This document shows, piece by piece, positions 29,120 through 36,646 of a stretch of DNA of 64,000 bases. The translations under genes were made by a program, and so were the position numbers. Position 1 is the stretch's first letter. Each line of letters opens with the position of its first letter. The notes under the pieces are model-generated. The model was not told where the DNA came from and did no database searches. It was given only the letters and a program-made list of their open reading frames with translations. Origin of the DNA: Longimicrobiales bacterium (GTDB taxonomy: Bacteria > Gemmatimonadota > Gemmatimonadetes > Longimicrobiales > Gaopeijiaceae); the NCBI GenBank assembly GCA_041690395.1, contig JAWLHJ010000005.1, positions 352,001 through 416,000 of the forward strand. Direction: 5' to 3'.

Positions 29120-29275
29120 ACAGAACAAGAGTTCTTCCGGGTCCGCTCCCTGCCGTCGCTCCCCCTACATGGCCCGGAGCTGTTGTGGGCCGGAGGCGGA
29201 GTGCAGCGTATTCTCGATCAGGCTCGCGTAAACCGTTGGATAGTGGGCCACGTCGGAAACATCTGAACGTTCACT
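29120..29275 (+). repeat. attC-like site 1 (degenerate left arm)
   Basis: ACAGAAC-AAGAGT-TCTTCCGGG...GGGCCAC-GTCGGAAACAT-CTGAAC-GTTCACT; 156 bp; homologous to sites 2-4. Confidence 0.7.
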
Positions 29276-29367
29276 GACATGTGCCCTTGGTGATGGATGC
29301 CGGCGGCGGTGCATCTTTGCTGCTTCCTTGGGGTAGGGAATTTGTTCCCCATTCAGGAAGCGGGCCC

Positions 29368-30450
29368 ATGCCGTACGATCTTTCTCAGGTTCTGGTGGTC
29401 GGGATCTCATCCCGAGCCCTATTCGACCTCCGAACGGAGGACCGGATCTTCGACGAAGAAGGTCTGGAGGCCTACTCCAAGTATCAGATCGCCCACGAGG
29501 ACAAACCCCTCGATCCGGGTCCAGCTTTCGCTCTCGTGAAGGCCTTGCTTCACCTAAACGAGATTGGTGGGGAGAAGCGGCGCACCGAGGTGGTCGTGAT
29601 GTCCCGGAACAATGCGGACACAAGCCTGAGGCTCTTCCACTCCATTAGGAAGCACAATCTCGACATCACCAGGGCAGCGCTGACCTCGGGTGCCCCTCTA
29701 GCAAGGTACGCCAAGGCGTTTGAGGTCGACCTCTTTTTGTCGGCAGACGAACAGGATGTCCAGATGGCCGTGGACGGGGGATTCGCCGCAGCCCGTATTT
29801 ATTCTTCGCCTCCTGACGGGTCCCTTCCGACCGACCAGGTCAGAATCGCGTTCGATGGAGATGCGGTCCTTTTCTCGGAAGAGTCCGAACTCATCTATCA
29901 GAAGGACGGTCTGGACGCATTTCATCTTCATGAGCAAGAGAGAGCGTCTGAGCCTCTCGGAGCTGGCCCTTTTGCGCCGTTCCTTCGGACCCTGTCCACA
30001 CTACAACGCGAGTTTGGCCGTAAAGAGGGAGAGGAGGGTCCCATCCGGACAGCGCTTATTACTGCTCGGAACAGCCCTGCACATGAGCGAGTGATCCGGA
30101 CTCTCCGCTCGTGGAACGTACGAGTTGACGAGACGTTTCTGTTGGGCGGAGCTCCGAAGGACGGCGTCGTGCGAGCCTTTGGGCCGCACATCTTCTTCGA
30201 CGATCAGGCAACCCATCTCGAGCCGTCGGCGGAGCATACTGCCGTGGCCCAGGTGCCCTTCCGGACAGCCGGTGCCGAGCAGCTAGTACTCGACGGCCTT
30301 CCCGAGTCGATAGAAGCGACACCTGACAGGAACGGCCGAAGGGGTATCTCTAAGAAGAAAGGCGAGCCTGCCACCGCCACAACCGTGCCAACCCCGCCGA
30401 GCGCCGAGGCACCTCCATCCCGGTCGAGGAAGCGGGGCAAGAAGCCGTAG
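29368..30450 (+). CDS. 5'-nucleotidase (cN-I-like HAD family) with basic C-terminal tail
   Basis: LVVGISSRALFDL, VDLFLSA, RIAFDGDAVLFSEESE, TARNSPAHERVIRTLRSW, PHIFFDDQ. Confidence 0.92.
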   Translation: MPYDLSQVLVVGISSRALFDLRTEDRIFDEEGLEAYSKYQIAHEDKPLDPGPAFALVKALLHLNEIGGEKRRTEVVVMSRNNADTSLRLFHSIRKHNLDITRAALTSGAPLARYAKAFEVDLFLSADEQDVQMAVDGGFAAARIYSSPPDGSLPTDQVRIAFDGDAVLFSEESELIYQKDGLDAFHLHEQERASEPLGAGPFAPFLRTLSTLQREFGRKEGEEGPIRTALITARNSPAHERVIRTLRSWNVRVDETFLLGGAPKDGVVRAFGPHIFFDDQATHLEPSAEHTAVAQVPFRTAGAEQLVLDGLPESIEATPDRNGRRGISKKKGEPATATTVPTPPSAEAPPSRSRKRGKKP

Positions 30451-30513
30451 AAGTGTGGGACGACTCTGGAGAGATCGGGATGCGGGTTGATCCGTGGGGC
30501 GACGCCCCACCTC

Positions 30514-30671
30514 AGTTAACAAAAATGCTTCCGGCTCCGCTCACTTCGTTCGCTCCGACCTAGATGGCCCCAGACAAGTGTGGCCGGGGAACGAAGTGCA
30601 GCGTACTCTCGGAGTGACAGTCCGACCGCGATTTGTGGTTGGGCTACGTCGGAGACATCTGAACGTTATGG
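30514..30671 (+). repeat. attC-like site 2 (most complete)
   Basis: AGTTAAC-AAAA-ATGCTTCCGGC...GTCGGAGACAT-CTGAAC-GTTATGG; 158 bp; TAAC/GTTA cores and complementary inner boxes. Confidence 0.82.
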
Positions 30672-30754
30672 AACGCTCGTCTCTGGGTTGGATCGCGGAC
30701 GCTAGGGCTGGGCCGTCGGGCACGAAGTGAATCGGCGCATCAGGGAGGAGATGG

Positions 30755-31762
30755 GTGAATCGATACGGCTCTTACCGTGCGCTGTTAGGAAACGCGGTAT
30801 CCGCGGCATGCGCTGGGATTGAGATCTACAACAAGCCGAAGTTCGATTATCGGGATGAAACCGCGATCATTCTGCTGGTAAACGCGTGGGAGTTGGCTCT
30901 GAAGGCGGTTCTCTCGAAGAACCGGGTGCCCATCTACTATCCCAAGAAGCGCGACCAGCCCTATCGGACCCTGAGCGCACGAGACGCCCTGACCAAGGCG
31001 GAGCCGTTCTTTCCGAAGGAAATCGACTATCGGGCCACCGCTGAGAACGTTCAGCTCCTAATTGAATATCGGGACACCGCGGTCCATTTCTATCACAAGG
31101 AAGGGCTGGAGGTTGTCCTCTACTCCCTGGCCCAGACGGCGATCGTCAACCTGAAGGACCTCGTCGAGCATGTCTTCGACAGAGACCTTTCGGATGAGGT
31201 ATCGATATCGCTTCTCCCGCTCTCGTTCGCCACACCCGTTGATCCCATCCAGTTCCTAAGGCGTGCCCGAGAGGATGGTGAGTTCAACACCGCCGTAAGG
31301 GACTTCGCGAATTTGGTGACCTCTGCAGTAGAGTCGCTAGAGTCGGACAAGCGTGACACCGGCCGGTTACTTACCGTGTTCCAGGTGAAGCTCGTTTCCA
31401 CCAAGAAATTGGAGAAGGCGGACCTGGTCGTGGGCGTTCAAGGACAGGCCGGTACGGATGGGAAGTTGTTGGTCCAGAAACCCACCGATCCGAATGCCTC
31501 TCATCCCTACCGCGAGTCGGATATCATCACTCCGAAGTCTGGCGACAGAGGATTCGGAATCGAGTACGACGGGCTCCCGCTAGGTCAGTACCAGTTCCGT
31601 GCGATCGGGAAGAAGCTCCAAGTGCGTGAGAATCCTGAATGGTGCTGGAGAGACTCCACAGGGATGGTCACGCGGTACTCTGAGAAGTACGTGAACCGCC
31701 TTAAGTCGCTTTCACGGGCAGATGTCGAGACAGCAGTGGCCGACTACTCGCACCGAAGCTAG
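30755..31762 (+). CDS. DUF3644-domain HEPN-like protein, candidate RNase/defence effector
   Basis: AGIEIYNKPKFDYRDE, VNAWELALKA, RDTAVH (RxxxxH); GGAGGAG RBS before GTG. Confidence 0.85.
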   Translation: MNRYGSYRALLGNAVSAACAGIEIYNKPKFDYRDETAIILLVNAWELALKAVLSKNRVPIYYPKKRDQPYRTLSARDALTKAEPFFPKEIDYRATAENVQLLIEYRDTAVHFYHKEGLEVVLYSLAQTAIVNLKDLVEHVFDRDLSDEVSISLLPLSFATPVDPIQFLRRAREDGEFNTAVRDFANLVTSAVESLESDKRDTGRLLTVFQVKLVSTKKLEKADLVVGVQGQAGTDGKLLVQKPTDPNASHPYRESDIITPKSGDRGFGIEYDGLPLGQYQFRAIGKKLQVRENPEWCWRDSTGMVTRYSEKYVNRLKSLSRADVETAVADYSHRS

Positions 31763-31880
31763 ACCGAACTGCAGCTCTGACGGAGTGCTATGGGCGAGCA
31801 GCGACGCACGCCAACCGACGCTGGAAATCTGCGCCAAGAGGCCGCGTCACACGGGCCCCGCTTGATTCTGGCCCCTGATC

Positions 31881-31930
31881 CAACTGCCTTTTAATCAGTA
31901 GTCCTGGGTTCGATCCCCAGCCGGGTCACT
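31881..31930 (+). repeat. att direct repeat (3' part of tRNA-Lys)
   Basis: CAACTGCCTTTTAATCAGTA-GTCCTGGGTTCGATCCCCAGCCGGGTCACT vs 23138-23188. Confidence 0.95.
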
Positions 31931-31972
31931 GGCCGGGAGTCCGTGCGGGAAGCGGGCTTCCGGCCTTTTTTT
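31931..31972 (+). terminator. Rho-independent terminator after the tRNA repeat
   Basis: 13-bp stem GGCCGGGAGTCCG/CGGGCTTCCGGCC (two G-U pairs) followed by T7. Confidence 0.88.
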
Positions 31973-32005
31973 ATAGCCGCCAGCCTGTCCGCGAACATGG
32001 AGGAT

Positions 32006-32027
32006 CACGCCCCAACGCACGCCCCAA
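32006..32027 (+). repeat. Tandem direct repeat, candidate integrase arm-type sites
   Basis: CACGCCCCAA at 32006 and 32018 (12-bp period); related CACGCCAA at 31807. Confidence 0.45.
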
Positions 32028-32076
32028 GAACTCAGGTTGCGTCAGGAGCACTCGAGGCGCAACGTGGCGGACGGGC

Positions 32077-32118
32077 GTTCCCGGCATGTCGGGAACTCCG
32101 AGTTATATGACACACGCC
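32077..32118 (+). repeat. Collapsed attC/attI-like site preceding the nuclease cassette
   Basis: Hairpin GTTCCCGGCATGTCGGGAAC, then 5 bp, then core GTTATAT at 32102. Confidence 0.55.
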
Positions 32119-32136
32119 TCGAACGAACGGTTCTGA

Positions 32137-33162
32137 ATGGCCGATCTACACGCTTGGTGGAAAGGCCGCGAAGGCGAATCGTATTGGCTAGAAGTAACCG
32201 ACCGTGAGGATCTCGGAACGAACCTGAAGGCGCCCCAAGAGAACGAGGCAGGTGGGGACTTCTGGAGCTACTCCCTCGTTCGAGAGGTCTCGTCGGGTGA
32301 CAGAGTCTTCCACTACGACAGGCCGTCTCAACGCATCATGGCTCGGTCCCGGGCCACTGGTGACGTTTGGGATGACCAGCTCGTGTGGGGCGCACGCGGT
32401 ACGTACGCGCGCCAAGCCGGAGTCGAGCCTTATCCGCGGCCAGGATGGTACGCTGGCCTTGAGGGCTTCGAGCATCTCGCGCAGCCACTCGAGCTGGAGG
32501 GGATTCGCTCGAAGATGGCTGAGATCCGTCAGGCGTATAGGAACCTGGTCCATCAGGTAGGGTCGCCGCTGTACTTCCCGTTTGAGACCGGGACGAAGCG
32601 TCCCACCCGCCCGATGCAGGGCTACCTCTTCAAGCTGCCCCGATTCTTTGTGGAGCTCTTTCCTGAGCTGCACATGGGCATGGACTTGGGAGAGGTCACA
32701 ATGGGAAAGAGCGAGGACCAGTTTGGAGCCAGCTACAGACGGGCAGACGAAGAGACATCCGTGGGAGCCTTCGATCCGATGGAGGTTGACCCGGCTGTAG
32801 TCGAACGCGGCACTCGGGGTCATGCGATGACCCAGAACGCCTTGGCAGATTATGTCGAGTCTCTCGGCCTCACACCCCGCTCACCCCAACCCGACGAACC
32901 GAACTTCGATCTGGCCTGGGAGGCTGGAGACCGAGTCTTTGTTGCGGAAGTGAAGAGCGTGACGAATCGTAACGAAGAGCGGCAGCTTCGGATGGGACTC
33001 GGTCAAGTCCTCCAGTACCGCCACCATTTAGAGATCAAGCTCGGCCGGCCCGTCGTCGCGGTATTGGCTTCAGAGCGACGACCTCCGGCAGGGTGGGTCA
33101 GCCTCTTTGGCTCACTCGGAGTTCTAATCGTTTGGCCCGCAGACTTCACCAAGCTGGGGTGA
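32137..33162 (+). CDS. EVE/PUA-like domain fused to a PD-(D/E)XK endonuclease (candidate type IV restriction enzyme)
   Basis: N-terminal WSYSLVREVSSGDRVFHY and QGYLF; C-terminal NFDLAW..VAEVKS..QLRMGLGQVLQY. Confidence 0.75.
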   Translation: MADLHAWWKGREGESYWLEVTDREDLGTNLKAPQENEAGGDFWSYSLVREVSSGDRVFHYDRPSQRIMARSRATGDVWDDQLVWGARGTYARQAGVEPYPRPGWYAGLEGFEHLAQPLELEGIRSKMAEIRQAYRNLVHQVGSPLYFPFETGTKRPTRPMQGYLFKLPRFFVELFPELHMGMDLGEVTMGKSEDQFGASYRRADEETSVGAFDPMEVDPAVVERGTRGHAMTQNALADYVESLGLTPRSPQPDEPNFDLAWEAGDRVFVAEVKSVTNRNEERQLRMGLGQVLQYRHHLEIKLGRPVVAVLASERRPPAGWVSLFGSLGVLIVWPADFTKLG

Positions 33163-33181
33163 TTGGGCATCGGCGTGCGTC

Positions 33182-33335
33182 ATATAACAAGTATGTTTCC
33201 GGCTCCGCTCACTTCGTTCGCTCCGACCTATATGGCCTCGACCGGGTGGACTCTGTACTGTTATCCACACTTCGTAGGTTTCAGGAAGACCGACGCGTCT
33301 GGTGGGGCCACTGCCGACGCATCTGAACGCTAGGG
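33182..33335 (+). repeat. attC-like site 3
   Basis: ATATAAC-AAGT-ATGTTTCCGGC...GGGCCAC..CAT-CTGAAC-GCTAGGG; 34 bp identical to site 2 (33197-33230 = 30529-30562); core mutated GTT to GCT. Confidence 0.78.
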
Positions 33336-33363
33336 AGCCCCTGGACAGGATAGGCCGGCCGGA

Positions 33364-34821
33364 ATGACCGACGGAGAGGAGGCGAAGGGCTGGCGGGTCC
33401 GGGTTCAGCCCACAGAGCTCCCTGTCCCTGATGAAGATCCATTTCGACATGACCTATTGGGACGTCGAGAAGCAGTTGAGGTCCTTTCTGAGCTGCTTTC
33501 CCACATCGAAGGCCCGTGTGTGTTCGCCTTGGACGCACCCTGGGGAACCGGGAAGACCTCTTTCCTGCGCATGTGGTCTGCCCATTTGCGGCAGCTCGGA
33601 TTTGCGGTAGCTGAGTTCAACGCCTGGGAGACTGACTTCACGGGCGAACCCTTTGCGGCATTGACGGCAGAACTCGGACGCTCCCTCACCCGCGATTCCG
33701 GCTCTCGGCTCGAAAAGGCTCTGTCAGGCACGCGGGCGGCGGCGATCCAAGTGCTCAAGTATACCCTACCTGGTGCTATCCGGCTTGCCACGGCGGGTGC
33801 TCTGGATCTCAACCCACTGATCGAGGGCGAGCTAGGATCTGGTTTGGCCGCCTTGGCCGAAGAACAACTACAGCGCTATGAGCAGGCGCGGGATTCCATC
33901 GCGTCCTTTCGAACGGAATTGTCCGGACTTGCTGCAGAAGTCAACAAGGACAGCGCCGGGCATCCACTTGTGATCTTTGTGGACGAACTCGACCGGTGCC
34001 GGCCATCCTATGCGGTAGAGCTTCTTGAGGTCGCAAAGCACCTCTTCTCCGTCGATAACATCATCTTTGTGGTAAGCATCGATCGGCGAGAGTTGGGCCA
34101 CTCGATTCGGGCCATCTACGGCTCAGATTTTGATGCATCTGGGTACCTCCGGCGCTTCTTTGATGTGGACTACGCCCTTCCGGTTCCGGACCGCACAAGG
34201 TTCGTGGAGAGCTTGCTCCAGGGAGGCTCAATCGAGGCGTACTTCGGTCGCACCAAGGACGAAGATGCACGGAGGCTTCGAGAGGTCATCACGAAGATGC
34301 TTTCGTTGCTGCTGGGGGAGTCTTCGGTCGGTCTCCGGCCAATCGCTCAAGGGGTCAACCGGCTCGCACTAGTTCTGGGGTCCTTGCCAGCCGACAAGCG
34401 CATGTTTGCAGTGACAGCAGCCACCTTGGTCATCCTCCGAACTCTGGACCCGATGCTGTACCAAGACCTGGTCTTGGGGAGGAGGTCGGACGCGGAGATC
34501 CTTGACCGGATCTTTGAAGACCCTGCCTTGGAGTTGGTTCGCGGAAAGCATGTGGCGAACCTCTTTGAGGCAACGATCATGGCCGGTGTCACGGAGCTCG
34601 ACCGCCCATCAGCGTTGAAAGAGCGGCTGAAGAAACTTGCCGATCAGGATAAGCCTCCGGGAGGAGAAGACCCGCCCGAGGTGGTTCAGGCCAGAAAGTC
34701 ACTTGGTTACCTGTCGCAGCTTGCTCGGGATGGATTCGACGGGAGTGTCGGATTCCGATACTCGATACGTCGATTGGAACTCCTCTCGCCTGCATTTATT
34801 GGGGCTCGAGAAGACCTGTAG
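33364..34821 (+). CDS. KAP family P-loop NTPase
   Basis: DLLGRR, ALDAPWGTGKT, EFNAWETD, IFVDELDRCRP, YGSDFDASGYLRRFFD. Confidence 0.92.
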   Translation: MTDGEEAKGWRVRVQPTELPVPDEDPFRHDLLGRREAVEVLSELLSHIEGPCVFALDAPWGTGKTSFLRMWSAHLRQLGFAVAEFNAWETDFTGEPFAALTAELGRSLTRDSGSRLEKALSGTRAAAIQVLKYTLPGAIRLATAGALDLNPLIEGELGSGLAALAEEQLQRYEQARDSIASFRTELSGLAAEVNKDSAGHPLVIFVDELDRCRPSYAVELLEVAKHLFSVDNIIFVVSIDRRELGHSIRAIYGSDFDASGYLRRFFDVDYALPVPDRTRFVESLLQGGSIEAYFGRTKDEDARRLREVITKMLSLLLGESSVGLRPIAQGVNRLALVLGSLPADKRMFAVTAATLVILRTLDPMLYQDLVLGRRSDAEILDRIFEDPALELVRGKHVANLFEATIMAGVTELDRPSALKERLKKLADQDKPPGGEDPPEVVQARKSLGYLSQLARDGFDGSVGFRYSIRRLELLSPAFIGAREDL

Positions 34822-34844
34822 CGTGTGGATGCGGCGGTTCAACC

Positions 34845-34945
34845 GGATAACAAGGATGTGTTTCCGGCTCTACTCGCTTCGTTCGCTCCGACGTATATGG
34901 TCGAAGCATTGTTGTGGCTGAGAGACGGATCGCAGCGTATTCTGA
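34845..34945 (+). repeat. attC-like site 4 (left part only)
   Basis: GGATAAC..GTTTCCGGCTCTACTCGCTTCGTTCGCTCCGAC..GCAGCGTATTCT; right arm absent. Confidence 0.7.
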
Positions 34946-35092
34946 GCTAGGTCGACAGGAGTCTGCCAGCGGCGCCAGAGCTGACGTGTTCGACTACATC
35001 GACTCCCGCAACGAAGGGGGCAGTGCCATCAACCGTCAGCGAGAACGGGGTAGAGCCCGGTGGCGGCTGAGTCCGGAAAAGGTGAGTATCCC

Positions 35093-36646
35093 CTAGTCGT
35101 CTTGAGCCGCTTTCTTCTTCGGAGGGGCCTTCTTCCTTCGCGCCACTTTCTCCTTCGGAGCGGCCTTCTTACTCGGCGGCGCTTTCTTCTTTGAAGCGAC
35201 CTTCTTCTTCGGAGCGACCTTCTTCTTCGGAGCGGCCTTCTTCTTTGGAGCGGCCTTCTTCCTTGGCTCTTTGTCTCCGTCAGGGGACGCACCAGCCCCG
35301 GAGCGGATATGCCCGCCGGACTGCGAGCTGCTGTCGGCCGGGGCGAACCTGTCAGCCAGGGCGTGGAACCGTGAATCCTTGCGTATCTCGCGGAACACCG
35401 GCCATTCGTAACACGCCTGATAGTCCAGGTCTCGACCTTCAGTGGCCTCAACGAGGTTCAAGAACGCGTCCGTTTCGTCCAAGAGTGCCAGCCGCACCAG
35501 CTTGAAGGGGGTACTTAACGCCGAATCGTCGAATTCTTCGATTTCCGCTCGGACTTCGTCGAGCCGCCCCTGCCATTTCTTGCACTGCCAGGCGTTCAAG
35601 CGACACACAAGCTTCGTAGCTGCGCTGAGCCGTTTGCTATCCATGCCTTCGCCTGCAACCATCAACGCGTGCGACCACCGCTCCTTCACGAGTAGATCAT
35701 AGACGTGCTCTAACAACATGTTCTCGAACGCCGCGAGGTCTTCCCTCTGGAGCGAGACCCAGGCCGTGAAGTACGCCATAGTACCAAGAAGTTCAAAATG
35801 GTCGAGGGCGTTTTCCACGTACGGCCTATCAATGTCTGCAGGTTGACCGACATCAGCGTCACCGAAGTACCGGGTCACGACCGTCGGGTGCACGTTCTCC
35901 AAGTACCGCCGGGTGATGCGGCCACCAGCGTGCACGACGATATGACGTCGCTGGACAAACTCTTTGAACTCCTCCCAATCTGGTGACAGCCGTTTGAGAT
36001 CGACCCTCACAGAGCTTCCGAGGAACTTCGCCCACTCATCGACAGACTTCATGAGCAAGTCATCTGTCCGTTTCTCAACCAAGAAGTCGATCGCGCCCTC
36101 TACGCTTCCAATCTGCTGGAGATCGGCGAGCGTCAGCGTCGCCTGGGCGGCGCCGAGCGCCTCTGGAGTGCGTGCGTAGTACTGGTGAGCGATGTCAGCG
36201 ATCAATACCTCGAACTGTCCGACGAGCCCAGTCAGCACTGCGCGATAGAGCAACTTCCGCTGGGTTGGACTACCGACCTCAACGCGTCGCCTTACCCGCT
36301 CGAGGATGTCGTGGAAGGCAGTGGCGGACGGACCGGTAAGACGGAGAGACACAGCCTTTGAGGGGCCCACACCATCGTCCCTCTCTTCGTCAGCCTTGTC
36401 TTCGTCCTCGACCTCTCGCCCGGCTAAGGAGCGGAGAGCTCGGATCAGTGCCCCGCGGTCCTCATGGGACAACCCCCCTACGATCTCTGATAGGTGACTG
36501 CTGAACTCGTCAGCCTCACCGGCCTCGAGCTCCTCAATCGACCCGTGGAGGTGTTCGAGGAAGAGGCGAAATGCCTCGATAGAGTATGTGTAGTTGGTGA
36601 ACGCGTTTCTAAAGGACTGGTCAACGGAGGCTAGATCTTCACTCAT
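35093..36646 (-). CDS. HEPN-domain protein with helical C-terminal region and histone H1-like tail
   Basis: LVGQFEVLIADI helix, RHIVVH (RxxxxH) followed by GG; nine KKKAAP-like repeats at the C-terminus. Confidence 0.78.
   Translation of the reverse strand: MSEDLASVDQSFRNAFTNYTYSIEAFRLFLEHLHGSIEELEAGEADEFSSHLSEIVGGLSHEDRGALIRALRSLAGREVEDEDKADEERDDGVGPSKAVSLRLTGPSATAFHDILERVRRRVEVGSPTQRKLLYRAVLTGLVGQFEVLIADIAHQYYARTPEALGAAQATLTLADLQQIGSVEGAIDFLVEKRTDDLLMKSVDEWAKFLGSSVRVDLKRLSPDWEEFKEFVQRRHIVVHAGGRITRRYLENVHPTVVTRYFGDADVGQPADIDRPYVENALDHFELLGTMAYFTAWVSLQREDLAAFENMLLEHVYDLLVKERWSHALMVAGEGMDSKRLSAATKLVCRLNAWQCKKWQGRLDEVRAEIEEFDDSALSTPFKLVRLALLDETDAFLNLVEATEGRDLDYQACYEWPVFREIRKDSRFHALADRFAPADSSSQSGGHIRSGAGASPDGDKEPRKKAAPKKKAAPKKKVAPKKKVASKKKAPPSKKAAPKEKVARRKKAPPKKKAAQDD
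35102..35263 (-). repeat. Nine imperfect 18-bp coding tandem repeats (KKKAAP)
   Basis: RKKAAP KKKAAP KKKVAP KKKVAS KKKAPP SKKAAP KEKVAR RKKAPP KKKAAQ. Confidence 0.9.

Larger units (their letters stand above)
23138..31930. mobile_element. Decayed genomic (defence) island integrated at tRNA-Lys, bounded by direct repeats
   Basis: 23138-23188 repeated at 31881-31930 (one substitution, one deletion); GC drop; xis relic; no integrase ORF. Confidence 0.85.

Noticed and set aside
31881..31930. Second functional tRNA-Lys
   Set aside because: Lacks the 5' acceptor strand and D arm and has a mismatch and a deletion; it is an att repeat.
30529..33230. 34-bp identical repeats read as a CRISPR array
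   Set aside because: Copies are kilobases apart, separated by whole genes and embedded in longer inverted-repeat units; no cas genes.
33261..33269. Perfect DnaA box TTATCCACA as a replication origin
   Set aside because: Single box inside a repeat's variable region; no cluster, unwinding element or dnaA context.
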